Virus record (IMG/VR): IMGVR_UViG_3300043077_000092 | Origin: a virus | Lineage: Duplodnaviria > Caudoviricetes | Reading direction: 5' to 3' (one strand) | DNA: 64,000 bases | In this document: positions 49,742-60,021 of the stretch, one piece after another | Layout: each line of letters opens with the position of its first letter | Numbering within the stretch: position 1 is the stretch's first letter | Made by a program: the position numbers and the translations under genes | Notes under the pieces: model-generated | What the model was told of the DNA's origin: nothing | Databases searched by the model: none | Seen by the model: the letters and a program-made list of their open reading frames with translations, nothing else

Positions 49742-51162
49742 ATACTCCTTCCTAACATCTTCATCATGTTCTTAAATGCTTTATCATCGCTCTGATTCTC
49801 CCTGCGGAGCGTATCATAAGTGTAGGTATCAGTTGTTTCAATACCATCGAACCTGAAAGTTGCTCTCTGAGTAACAGGGTTTACAACGATATATCCGAGC
49901 AAAAAATAAACGTCCATCATTCTATTGATGATACGTTCATCGGATAAGTCATATCCATAGGTATCTCTGATATACTCGATAGTCGGCTGAGATATAACCA
50001 AAGAAGCATTTGGTAAAATGGAGTTCTTTGATACGTGAAGAGCCGATCTCGATGCATTCTTTCTTCTCTTTAATGCAGGTCTCCAACCGGTTACATCATT
50101 ACCAGCATCTTTTGCATCCATCTTAATGGTATCGATGGCAAATAAGAAATCCTTAAAGAATTTAATCTCGCCAGTTGTCCAACGAATAAAATTGAACACG
50201 ACGTTTTCATTACGCATACCTGCAACTGTCATACGGACAATCTCATCAACTGGAATTGGATGAAGAGTTGCCTTTACACCCATGATGAAATCAATCGGAG
50301 TAAGTTCCTCTCTTGTATATTTATCGATAGGATAAACTCTGATATGAAGAAGGGTCGGGACTAAGTCGTTTGCCTTCTTGCAGTCATTATCCGTGAGAGG
50401 TTTCCACTGAGCACCTCTGTCTCTAACATTCTGCTTTATAGCAGCCTGTTGTTTCGTTTCGGGCATTTTGTTTGTAACATTGACCGTTGGAGTGACATTA
50501 ACGTTGTTATTGGTTGTATGACGTCTGTCATTTACAACTGCGTTAGGACTTTCGACCTTAACATCTCCACCGCCAGTGTTGAGATTTGCAACAGCCGTAC
50601 GCTTATCGACAAACGTATCAGCTTCCATAGTAGGTGCTGAAATACGAAAACGATCGTTTAACGTATAAGGGGTTGTAACCTCTTCAATTGTATAGTTACA
50701 GCGAACGTTAATATCCTGCGGTATTGAACGAGCTACCCCTTCATAGATTGCAGTTGCCAGACGAAACGCTTCACTCTCCATTGCGGTGTACTCAACATCT
50801 GTTGACTCATTGATGAAATCGGTCAGACTAATGTGAAGACCTTTCGTAGCATCTTTCACACGTATATTCTGATGGAACTGTTTCAAATAATCAGCAGCGT
50901 TAGGTGTCTCACCCTTTGTCACCTCAAGGTAAGGTTCCATGGTAAGTACCGTCAATAAGAATGATGCGAATTTCTTTTCTGCTGCTCTTGAGATGAGCAG
51001 ACTGTCATCTATGGGAGTAGAATCATCTACCAATACAGGGAAGTTTGCTGTACCTTCCATTGCAGATGCAGAAATTGAACGTTTGGTGCTATAGATACCT
51101 GCTGATGCAGCAGTTGCTTTAAGCTCTGTTAAAGTGTCAATAGCATCTCTAATTTCGCCCAT
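49738..51162 (-). CDS. Putative virion structural protein
   Basis: 474 aa; INES/AMES motifs; late promoter at 51191-51203. Confidence 0.55.
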   Translation of the reverse strand: MGEIRDAIDTLTELKATAASAGIYSTKRSISASAMEGTANFPVLVDDSTPIDDSLLISRAAEKKFASFLLTVLTMEPYLEVTKGETPNAADYLKQFHQNIRVKDATKGLHISLTDFINESTDVEYTAMESEAFRLATAIYEGVARSIPQDINVRCNYTIEEVTTPYTLNDRFRISAPTMEADTFVDKRTAVANLNTGGGDVKVESPNAVVNDRRHTTNNNVNVTPTVNVTNKMPETKQQAAIKQNVRDRGAQWKPLTDNDCKKANDLVPTLLHIRVYPIDKYTREELTPIDFIMGVKATLHPIPVDEIVRMTVAGMRNENVVFNFIRWTTGEIKFFKDFLFAIDTIKMDAKDAGNDVTGWRPALKRRKNASRSALHVSKNSILPNASLVISQPTIEYIRDTYGYDLSDERIINRMMDVYFLLGYIVVNPVTQRATFRFDGIETTDTYTYDTLRRENQSDDKAFKNMMKMLGRSM

Positions 51163-51254
51163 AATTTATTTCACCTCTTTCTATATAATATTAATCTTTT
51201 GTTCCATACGTTAAAATAGAAGCAACCTAAATACTCACTATATAAATATACAAA

Positions 51255-51298
51255 AAAAATATAGAGGGGTGACTTTAATCATCTCCCTCTATATTTTT
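51255..51298 (-). terminator. Intrinsic terminator
   Basis: AAAAATATAGAGGG/CCCTCTATATTTTT followed by TTTGTA. Confidence 0.75.
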
Positions 51299-51324
51299 AA
51301 TAATTAATGACGTATCTTAATACA

Positions 51325-51537
51325 CTAAGATAATGCATTCAATATGAATCGCATATCCCGAGAAAATGATTCGGGGTCATCATTAATGTGAGCACGGTTA
51401 TATTCGTACTCACTCATGAAACTTTTGGTCGTGGTCGGACTTCGAGTTTCACGATATTGGTTCTGGGAAATCAGAGATCCTGGAACAACACCAACAACAG
51501 AGTTGTTGATATTACCAAATAGATGGTCAGTTATCAT
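51325..51537 (-). CDS. Small hypothetical protein
   Basis: RBS AAAGGAGGTGA. Confidence 0.6.
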   Translation of the reverse strand: MITDHLFGNINNSVVGVVPGSLISQNQYRETRSPTTTKSFMSEYEYNRAHINDDPESFSRDMRFILNALS

Positions 51538-51584
51538 ATTAGGTCACCTCCTTTCATGATAACTGACCGTTTGTTGTTTCTAGG

Positions 51585-51782
51585 TTACAAGCGAAATACT
51601 CTATCACTGTTATTCAACCAATTTCGCACTTCATCGGCTGAATGAAATAACTCATCTTCAGATACGTTACAGGCTCTTGCAAGTCTGATGCTGTCTTCCA
51701 AGGATACATTCTTTGGGTCGATTGAGTTTAGTATAGTTTCTACTTTATCAAAATTAATATTTGACATATTCATTACCTCCAT
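51585..51782 (-). CDS. Small protein, possible HTH-like fragment
   Basis: NVSLEDSIRLARACNVSEDELF resembles the XRE HTH C-terminal half; true start probably 51767; early motif at 51815. Confidence 0.5.
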   Translation of the reverse strand: MEVMNMSNINFDKVETILNSIDPKNVSLEDSIRLARACNVSEDELFHSADEVRNWLNNSDRVFRL

Positions 51783-52074
51783 TAGAACGGTTTACTTGTT
51801 TCCATATAAGTATTTAATATAGTAATGAATATTTACACAATAAGAATTTCCCATATCGATACAAAAAAATAGAAGGTGGGACAAACTGAGATAGATAGGT
51901 AAGAACTATAGTTACATCAAGTTCTTACCTATCTATTATTTTACGGAATCCCATGAATCCAATTGACTTCATGATACTTACAAATTACAAGTATATCCGC
52001 CCAGTTCTTAACTAACTCCTAATATTCCCATTAAAATAACTTACATAAACTTCTTCCTTCTATATTAAAACATT

Positions 52075-52398
52075 TTAGATGTTAAATAAACCACTGAGAA
52101 TCCCCCCAATAGCATTAATTACGCTATCCCCATTTGCTATTGTTGTATTATTTTCCGTGTTTTTTACTACCCTATCATCATTGAGAACTTGCGACCGAGC
52201 ATCCACCGATACGTTATAAGTAAGCGATAAATTTACTGGTCCCTCCCCAAGTACAGTAATACATGATGTCGGAAAATTGATATGAGTTCGGATCTCATTT
52301 CCCTCACGACGAACTGATATAATCTCAGAGTTATCAACCTCTTTTAAATCTGAACTAGTTTGCGCCAATGTTGCACGCTCTGAAATATCATTGGGCAT
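52075..52398 (-). CDS. Hypothetical early protein
   Basis: RBS GAGAGGT; early motif at 52533-52540. Confidence 0.6.
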   Translation of the reverse strand: MPNDISERATLAQTSSDLKEVDNSEIISVRREGNEIRTHINFPTSCITVLGEGPVNLSLTYNVSVDARSQVLNDDRVVKNTENNTTIANGDSVINAIGGILSGLFNI

Positions 52399-52615
52399 TG
52401 TTATTTTACCTCTCTTTCCCTTAAATGCTTTTTAAAAGACTGTAATCTTGCGGGGGAGAGATTATTAAATTTACAAATACCTCCTTAGTACACAAATTGC
52501 AATTTAGATTCCCTTTCTACATTGCAATCGTTTAATATCGTTCTGTTCTGTTCTTTGAATTATGTCGTTCTCCACAAAAATCTAAGTGTAGATGAAACAG
52601 AAAGGAGGTATTTGG

Positions 52616-53902
52616 ATGGCGACTTCAACAATTCAAATCGCTTATAAAGACAAAGACGGAAATGTCAAGTACCAGAATGTCTCTACAAACAGTGCGATTG
52701 TTACAAGGAATTACAATTCCACTGGAAGTAGTTCGACAGAGTATTCAATCCCTACAACGGATTCGAATAAGGTATATTCTTTTGAAAACTTATCCGTAAG
52801 TAAATACACTAAATCTACATCAAAACCTGTAACGAGTACAAGGAAAGCTGATACGATAATAACGAACGATAATAGCTACCCTACATACAAAGGGAAGAAC
52901 GCAAATACTGGTCGTAATATATACGATTATACAGTAACCATACAGAAAGACATCTTAGATAGTATCAAAGCAATTAAGAGAAATCTGAATGTTCCTTCTG
53001 CATATACACGCTTGGAATTAAACAAATTATTCCATACGCAATTCAATCGTTTTCGTATTCAGTATCCTGATTACTTTATGAATAATACAATTGGTTACGT
53101 TGTATTCACCAGACCTGATTTAAACTTATATAGCGGAGATCAGATTCTTTCACAGGTTGCAAACGACCCTCAGTTGTATTATATTATGAAGGCAAACCCC
53201 CAGACTGCAAAATCTCTTACAAAGGGTTTTTCTTCTGCTCATCATTTCAATCCATTATTGTCAAATACGATAATGTCATTGGATGTATCAGATGAGTCTA
53301 TCGATACACTGGAGACGGGTGAGACATTTACTGGATATAAAACCCAGTATGCAAAGAGTAACATTCGTTCTATGACAGCAGGTACGATAAGTTTGACGTT
53401 CCCTGAGACATATAATGCCGCCATTACTCACTTACACCAGCTTTGGTGTGCCTATGAGAGTGGGGTGTACAGAGGTTCGCTTAAACCAAAGGACGATTAT
53501 ATTTGGGGGAAAGAATTAGACTATGCTTGTGATATCTACTATTTCTTACTCGATGCAGAAGACATGATTATCAGGTATTGGTGTAAATATACTGGGTGTT
53601 TCCCTCTTAATGTAAATAAGAGTGTATTCTCATTCAATGGAGATACTCAGCTCAATCATCCAAGTTTGAATGTATCTTATGCATATTTTGCAAGAGAGGA
53701 TATGAGCTTGGTGAACTTAAACGAGTTCAATAATAATAGTGGAGGTAGTTCTTCTAATTTCCGCTATAAGGCAAACTATATTCCTGATATTGGAAGTGGT
53801 GGTAATACTTGGAGCGGAACTCCATATGTTGCATCTATAACCAAGGGTACAGGATTTAGCAGGGATGCGGAGCTTTATGCATTACGGTTCCGTCCATCTT
53901 AA
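52616..53902 (+). CDS. Tail-tube-fold baseplate/tail protein (gp19/gp54-like)
   Basis: GTISLTFPE...W...YACDIYYF...YTGCFPLNV...LNVSYAY pattern; late promoter at 52573-52585. Confidence 0.55.
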   Translation: MATSTIQIAYKDKDGNVKYQNVSTNSAIVTRNYNSTGSSSTEYSIPTTDSNKVYSFENLSVSKYTKSTSKPVTSTRKADTIITNDNSYPTYKGKNANTGRNIYDYTVTIQKDILDSIKAIKRNLNVPSAYTRLELNKLFHTQFNRFRIQYPDYFMNNTIGYVVFTRPDLNLYSGDQILSQVANDPQLYYIMKANPQTAKSLTKGFSSAHHFNPLLSNTIMSLDVSDESIDTLETGETFTGYKTQYAKSNIRSMTAGTISLTFPETYNAAITHLHQLWCAYESGVYRGSLKPKDDYIWGKELDYACDIYYFLLDAEDMIIRYWCKYTGCFPLNVNKSVFSFNGDTQLNHPSLNVSYAYFAREDMSLVNLNEFNNNSGGSSSNFRYKANYIPDIGSGGNTWSGTPYVASITKGTGFSRDAELYALRFRPS

Positions 53903-53938
53903 TTTCTACTTATTATAAAAGAAAGGAAGTGAATAGAT

Positions 53939-56587
53939 ATGAGTACGACAGATTACAGTTCGGTATATACGATCAAAGATTTCTATCAGAAAGAAATTCT
54001 TCCTTTATATTTTGATACTGACCAATTAGCATTAGCTTCTGTAGGTACGCTTGGAATGTTCTTAGACATTACTGGTTCAACGACAGAAGACATGATTAAT
54101 ATCATGGGAAGGTATATTAACGAGAGTATGCCCGGACAAGCAGAACTCCCTGATTTCATTTATGGAGAGGCTGCGAACTATGGAGTTACAGATATACTTG
54201 CGGCTCCAGCAAAAATGTCAATGCTCTTACTCGTTAAAGAAGATAACGTCATAGAGTATTCAACTGCGGTTGAAGACCATACAGAGTTTACCCTTGATGC
54301 GGATATGTCTATCTTGGTAGATGACTTAAGGTATAGTATTCCTTATAACATCAAAATCCGTTCTACCTTATATAACGGAGAGTATAATCACATGGCATTT
54401 TATGACATGGATCATGTTAATGAAATTGCCTCTGAAGATGTACCGTTTATCAAGACAATGAAGACATTAATCAATGGTGATGTTTGGCTTGTAATGCGTG
54501 TCAACGTCTACCAGTACCAAAGAAAAACTTTATATGAACCTATCAATACAAATAGCATTCTCAATATTCCTTATATTGATTTGAACTTTGATAATCAATT
54601 ATGCAATTTTGAGGTGTTTTATTCGGAGGCTGGAAGTTCCGTAGAGACACAATTGACAAAGAAAATGGATACAACGGCTCCAATTACATCTCCATTCTGT
54701 TATTATAAGATGACAGGAGATGATTCATTCCGTTTATCATTTGCAAATGATGATAGATATTGGGTTCCTGCTTATAACTCTACGTTAAAGATTTATGTCT
54801 ATATGACTAATGGTGCGGCTGGAAACTTCGGGTTCTTTAAAGACGGTATCGATGTCTCTATTAGAGCTGCAACAGATGACGAGAGTATTGCATACAACAG
54901 AAATATTTTCCCTATGGGATTAACCCAAGGTAGTTCTTCTGGTGGAAGAGATCAACTTACCTTGGATAACATTAAACGGCTTACAGCAGAGGCTCAGGTT
55001 ACGGTTAAATCCTATACAACGGATAATGACCTTACAACCTATTTTACAAACTTTGCCTCTATATACGAGCATAGTGCTGTATTTGTAAAACAGAGAGATG
55101 ATTACGCTGGAAGAGAATACGGTTGCTTCACTAGAATCGGTGATGGGATAGATATCTTCCCTACGAATACTCTCAATGTTAGATTAGCAGTAGCTGATGT
55201 TGATGAGCACTTTGAATCTCTTCGTCAATATATTGTAAAACCGGGTACAGTATTTCGATATGAGGATGATGAAACTGCATCTATTGTCGTAAAGAAACAT
55301 GCTGATGATCCTGATGAGGATATCGAGTATGCATTATCGGCATTAATGGTTATTACAACCAAACCGAATAAGGTTAATTACTACATGAATACAGTGAATA
55401 AGAATGTGGAAATGGATTATACCTATTTCAATCTGAATTCACCGTTTAACTTTGTTATAAATAATCTCAATATTTGCCGTGATGCAATTCATGGTGAAGA
55501 TGGGTATACGATTACACTGAAACTTGCAAGAGTTGATGGTGTATTCAACGACATTCAATCTCAGAATTTCCAGTTACAGTCTTCCAATGGAGATATTGAT
55601 ACTTCTAAAATGGAAGTGTTGATTGTCTTTAATACGGTTATTGGAAATTACGTTCGTATGACATATGACCATGCAGATAACGTATCGGATGATTATATCT
55701 ATACGTTCATTGCAAGAATTGGTACATCTGATATGATAGACAACGAGAGAATACTTCTCACTGGTTTATCAAAGCGTGAAGATGATGGTACTGATGAGAG
55801 ACTAATCGATATGATGAGTCCTGATTTACACTTTGCTATTTTCTACGTTTATGACGATCAGGATGGTGGAGACCATAATTATACAGATATTGACATCGTA
55901 AAGGATTCTACTCTCTGCAATATTTATACACCGCAGGAAAATGAATTCTACTTCGCATATCCATTAAATCTGGTAAGGTCTCATGTCGTATTTGAAGATA
56001 AGCCAGAGACCTCTGCGGGATTTGGGTTCTTCATTAAGCAGGTTCCATTATTTGGTGCTAAGTTCTTGATGTCAGATGATTGTGACATTGACCAGATTCT
56101 TACAGATATTTCATCAGAGCATGACTTTCTTACAAAAGTTACAAATTCTTTGCATGGAATGTTTACTATCAACATGAAGTTCTATTGCACATATGGTCGT
56201 AGTAGAAGTTTCTACATTGGATATGGTCAGGGAGAAGAGATTATCAACCGTGTCAATTGCGATATTGCAATTGGTATTAAGTTCTATAGTGGTATTATAC
56301 AGGAAGACTACTTGGAACAGGTTCGTATCTTTATCAAAGATTTCTTTGAGAAGATTAACAAACTTTCTACTGGAACGAATCAGGCATTTATATCTATCTT
56401 AGACTATAAGCTTCATAATACCTTTACAGATCAGATTGAATATGCTATATTCTATTCAATCAATGGGTATGATTCGAAGTATCAGGTTATTCGGATGATT
56501 AATGAGATGGATGACAGTCCTCAACCTGATTTTGTACCGGAGTATTTGACACTTAAGGCAAGCGACGTTACAATAACCACGCTTTAA
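53939..56587 (+). CDS. Baseplate wedge protein (gp6/J-like)
   Basis: YMTNGAAGN, SSGGRDQLTLDNIK, TTDNDL motifs. Confidence 0.65.
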   Translation: MSTTDYSSVYTIKDFYQKEILPLYFDTDQLALASVGTLGMFLDITGSTTEDMINIMGRYINESMPGQAELPDFIYGEAANYGVTDILAAPAKMSMLLLVKEDNVIEYSTAVEDHTEFTLDADMSILVDDLRYSIPYNIKIRSTLYNGEYNHMAFYDMDHVNEIASEDVPFIKTMKTLINGDVWLVMRVNVYQYQRKTLYEPINTNSILNIPYIDLNFDNQLCNFEVFYSEAGSSVETQLTKKMDTTAPITSPFCYYKMTGDDSFRLSFANDDRYWVPAYNSTLKIYVYMTNGAAGNFGFFKDGIDVSIRAATDDESIAYNRNIFPMGLTQGSSSGGRDQLTLDNIKRLTAEAQVTVKSYTTDNDLTTYFTNFASIYEHSAVFVKQRDDYAGREYGCFTRIGDGIDIFPTNTLNVRLAVADVDEHFESLRQYIVKPGTVFRYEDDETASIVVKKHADDPDEDIEYALSALMVITTKPNKVNYYMNTVNKNVEMDYTYFNLNSPFNFVINNLNICRDAIHGEDGYTITLKLARVDGVFNDIQSQNFQLQSSNGDIDTSKMEVLIVFNTVIGNYVRMTYDHADNVSDDYIYTFIARIGTSDMIDNERILLTGLSKREDDGTDERLIDMMSPDLHFAIFYVYDDQDGGDHNYTDIDIVKDSTLCNIYTPQENEFYFAYPLNLVRSHVVFEDKPETSAGFGFFIKQVPLFGAKFLMSDDCDIDQILTDISSEHDFLTKVTNSLHGMFTINMKFYCTYGRSRSFYIGYGQGEEIINRVNCDIAIGIKFYSGIIQEDYLEQVRIFIKDFFEKINKLSTGTNQAFISILDYKLHNTFTDQIEYAIFYSINGYDSKYQVIRMINEMDDSPQPDFVPEYLTLKASDVTITTL

Positions 56588-56634
56588 ACCATTCAAAAAC
56601 AAGCATATAATTCAAAGAAAGGAGAAACAAGGCA

Positions 56635-58938
56635 ATGGCAAAGGAAAGTGTTTTTAGCACACCAAGACCACAGACTCAAACAGCATCTCAGATGCTTGAG
56701 AGTAAAATCAATATGCGTAATGCGCAGAGACGAAATGTAGTTGCATTGACCGAGGCGAATAGATTAGGAAACTCAACACCGGATTTTACAGCGGCATTAG
56801 AGGCTGCTAATCAGGCTACGGAACAGCAGTTACAACTCACATCAACTATGGAATCTGCGGCATACGCTCAGGGTGGTAAGAATATTGCAAAGTACCAACT
56901 TGGTATGAGACAGCGTCTCGTTCAGGAAGGTACTGAGTATCTTAGACAGAAGGTTCTTTATGAGATGATTTACGAGGCTTATTGGTTAGATGATGAGTTG
57001 AAAGACTCTACTTCAGACCAGATCGAAGAATCAATCTCTGATGTACTTGGATACATTGACGATAACTGCGAAGACTCTAAGGTTGAGGAGAGTAAGTGGA
57101 CTCCGTTCCTACAGAGCATGAAGTCTGTAATCGAGGCAACTGTAAACAAAGCAGTTACAAGAATCTGCGAAGAGGCAGACGAGACAGGCGATATCTATAA
57201 TGAGTTTGATTTAACGGATGCTGAGGAAGATGAACTTGACAATAAGTTGATTGACCTTGGTAAAGACGAAATCATTGACCTCATTAAGTCAAAAGTTGCT
57301 GATGTTGTTCAGGATGAGAAAGAAAAGGGTCAGGAACGTGCAGATATGTTCAAGGAGATCGACCAGATGTCTCAGATTGATAGCATCGAAGACCAACCTA
57401 CTGAAACAGAAGAGTCACTGGCTGAAAAATTAGCCAACGGTGAAATCACATTGGAGGGTGCTAACGTAGAGTCTCTGAAAATATATTTCAGTAAACTTAG
57501 GACAGACGGCTCCAAGACTTTAAAAGAAGCCAACAAACTGTATTCTTCCGGGCAGTATAAATTGGCGGCTGAAAGGTATAAAAAGGCAAGAGACATGTTC
57601 GCAGACCTTAACAAGAGATTGGTGGACATCGACGATTCCTTGGTATCATCAGTTGTTTCATGGTCTTACATCGCTACGATGATAAACGGGTTCATTAGTT
57701 TAATCGATACTATCAACGCTAGAGGATTTGCCTCAAACGGTGATGTTACTAAAGCCCACGATGAGTCAAGTACATGGAATAGCGTAAAACTGATGTGCTT
57801 GGCTAACGTAAAGAAGGTAATACGTTTCTGCGATACCAGAATCAACGCATCAGAGCGTTTAGCTGACGAAGAAAATGGTAAGAAGAGAGAATATAAGTAC
57901 TCTCTGGACTCAACCATCTATACAGCAAACGAACGTCGCATGGCTTCATTGCTTGAGTCTGATGCTGAGGTAAGACTCTTTGACGACCCAACTTGGGGAG
58001 AATTTAAGTCTACCGTATCCTTACTCTGCAAGAACATTAAGTCCGTATTGGAAGGACCCGAGACTCTCGGAAGAAATGTTGCTACAGACGAACCACCTGT
58101 AACAAAGTGGGAAACTGCTAAGCATTTCATCGAGGAATTGGAGAACGTCTTATCTGGTGTTCCTGAGACAATTCCGGGTGAAGTAAAAGAATTCGTTATG
58201 GGTATGGTAAATCTTATCTACATGGCAGTTCCTGCTGATGAAGTTATTATCAGCAGATTTGGAAACCCGATGGGTTCTCCTGATGTAAAATCAAGTAACC
58301 CTGCAATTGATATGATGACGGTAAGCTGGACAGATCTGTTCGTAAACATCAAGACTAATTTAAACTCTGTTAAAGGGTATCTTGATGATAAGATGAATCC
58401 GGCTGTAATTGATGACACTGATCTGAACAATTCGGATTGTCCTGTATCTGGAAGAAGTGCTCTTTCTCAGATGATTGCAAGAAACCAGTCACAGATTCTT
58501 GCAAGAAACATCGGTGGTTCATTGTTCGAGGCTATGATGATTGGTTCGATTCAGTCTTGTAGTAAAGCTGCAATGGAATCGGGAGTTGGTATCACAGATG
58601 ACGATGTGAATGATGCTGCACTTATTGAGACTCTTCTCAATTATACAGTATTTGAAACATTGGACACAATGGGTCTGTATAAGTTCAGACTCAACGATAT
58701 CAACAATGCAAAGCGTAAGTTCATGAATCCTGTTACAGAGGGAGATGTTGTTGCATCTAGTAAGGGTTCTGATATGACCAACAACAACGCAGTATCTTCC
58801 GGAAGTTCAATGACCTCTGGGAAAGATTCAAAGGGGTTAAAGAAAGTCCGTATCAATGTAAGCAAGATGAAACAAAAGAGAGACGTTATGAAGTCTAATA
58901 CACCGATTAACGCAGAGCGTTCTGTTATCAACAGTTAA
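56635..58938 (+). CDS. Putative processed head/ejection protein
   Basis: Numerous LTEA/TMES/TLEG/LLES/AMES/VTEG motifs; late promoter at 56598-56610. Confidence 0.55.
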   Translation: MAKESVFSTPRPQTQTASQMLESKINMRNAQRRNVVALTEANRLGNSTPDFTAALEAANQATEQQLQLTSTMESAAYAQGGKNIAKYQLGMRQRLVQEGTEYLRQKVLYEMIYEAYWLDDELKDSTSDQIEESISDVLGYIDDNCEDSKVEESKWTPFLQSMKSVIEATVNKAVTRICEEADETGDIYNEFDLTDAEEDELDNKLIDLGKDEIIDLIKSKVADVVQDEKEKGQERADMFKEIDQMSQIDSIEDQPTETEESLAEKLANGEITLEGANVESLKIYFSKLRTDGSKTLKEANKLYSSGQYKLAAERYKKARDMFADLNKRLVDIDDSLVSSVVSWSYIATMINGFISLIDTINARGFASNGDVTKAHDESSTWNSVKLMCLANVKKVIRFCDTRINASERLADEENGKKREYKYSLDSTIYTANERRMASLLESDAEVRLFDDPTWGEFKSTVSLLCKNIKSVLEGPETLGRNVATDEPPVTKWETAKHFIEELENVLSGVPETIPGEVKEFVMGMVNLIYMAVPADEVIISRFGNPMGSPDVKSSNPAIDMMTVSWTDLFVNIKTNLNSVKGYLDDKMNPAVIDDTDLNNSDCPVSGRSALSQMIARNQSQILARNIGGSLFEAMMIGSIQSCSKAAMESGVGITDDDVNDAALIETLLNYTVFETLDTMGLYKFRLNDINNAKRKFMNPVTEGDVVASSKGSDMTNNNAVSSGSSMTSGKDSKGLKKVRINVSKMKQKRDVMKSNTPINAERSVINS

Positions 58939-58950
58939 AAAAATACAAAA

Positions 58951-58984
58951 AAGAAGCATCTGGGATTCGTTCCAGATGCTTCTT
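58951..58984. terminator. Bidirectional terminator
   Basis: AAGAAGCATCTGG/CCAGATGCTTCTT. Confidence 0.8.
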
Positions 58985-59003
58985 CTCATTATGCTTTCTT
59001 TAT

Positions 59004-59390
59004 CTACTTAATGTGGTTGCTGACAATGTAACTAACATTGGACTTGGCAATCTCGACACCGTTGTCACTGTTAATCACACATGCGGCGTACGGTATGATG
59101 CTCTTCAGTGCCGATATCATTATCTCCGATGTTATACCTGCTGAATTTGGTCGTGGTAATTCACAGAGATAAACCTTAATCTCAAGAGTACCGGTTCCGT
59201 CACTATTATAGGCACCATTGTATGACAATATTATATGTGGCGATATCACTCCGGGCTTGAAAGCCTTCATATCCCCATATAACTCTGTGACGATTCGTTT
59301 GCTCTCGTCAACGATAGAGCTGAACATATCAAGTGTAACTCCATCGAATTTAGCGTTTGCAAGGTTCTTTGCTTGTTCCTCTTTTAACAT
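59004..59390 (-). CDS. Hypothetical protein (tandem paralog A)
   Basis: AKFDGVT...IIPYAACVI; early motif at 59446-59453. Confidence 0.7.
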   Translation of the reverse strand: MLKEEQAKNLANAKFDGVTLDMFSSIVDESKRIVTELYGDMKAFKPGVISPHIILSYNGAYNSDGTGTLEIKVYLCELPRPNSAGITSEIMISALKSIIPYAACVINSDNGVEIAKSNVSYIVSNHIK

Positions 59391-59481
59391 ATTTATTCCC
59401 TCCATAAATTGAAATTAATTTTATTGGTTTCGTTATATACAGATTTAATATATCAATAAATATGTCTCAAAATGGATTTTA

Positions 59482-59925
59482 CTATTCCGAGCATTTCTCA
59501 TTGTCGCCACAATTATTTTTATTAGCATTGATTTTCACCATGGCATTAATATAATCGGTGACTTCAATACCATCATCACAGCTAATCACACATGCTGCAT
59601 ACGGTATAATACATTTTAATATTGAAACCGCTTGGTTTTCCGTCATCCCTTGCGGCACCTCCGCTATATAAGTATTGACATCAATTTTGAGAGTACCTTT
59701 ATCACTACCAAATGAACCTTGCCTGTACCAAAAAGCTATATTAGATTGGATCAATTGTCCAATTGGTTCGCGTGGATCAACACTAAAATCTTGTAAATCT
59801 GGAGTAATTCCAAACAATTCTTCATAGATACGTTTACCTGCATTTATAATTTTATCTAACATATTAGATGTAACTCCATAAAACTTTGCACTTGTGATAT
59901 TTGCATCATATCCTGTTTCAAACAT
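59482..59925 (-). CDS. Hypothetical protein (tandem paralog B)
   Basis: AKFYGVT...IIPYAACVI. Confidence 0.7.
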   Translation of the reverse strand: MFETGYDANITSAKFYGVTSNMLDKIINAGKRIYEELFGITPDLQDFSVDPREPIGQLIQSNIAFWYRQGSFGSDKGTLKIDVNTYIAEVPQGMTENQAVSILKCIIPYAACVISCDDGIEVTDYINAMVKINANKNNCGDNEKCSE

Positions 59926-59971
59926 TCTTAATTCCCTCCTTAATTATTTTCATAGTAATAAAATACAAAGA

Positions 59972-60013
59972 AGTCTCATAGACCAAATATCTCACTAAAT
60001 GGTCTATGAGACT
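59972..60013 (-). terminator. Intrinsic terminator
   Basis: AGTCTCATAGACCA/TGGTCTATGAGACT. Confidence 0.75.
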
Positions 60014-60021
60014 CCTCTAAT

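Noticed and set aside
52400-52540. Possible riboswitch in the leader of 52075..52398
   Set aside because: Only two short hairpins; no recognisable aptamer consensus
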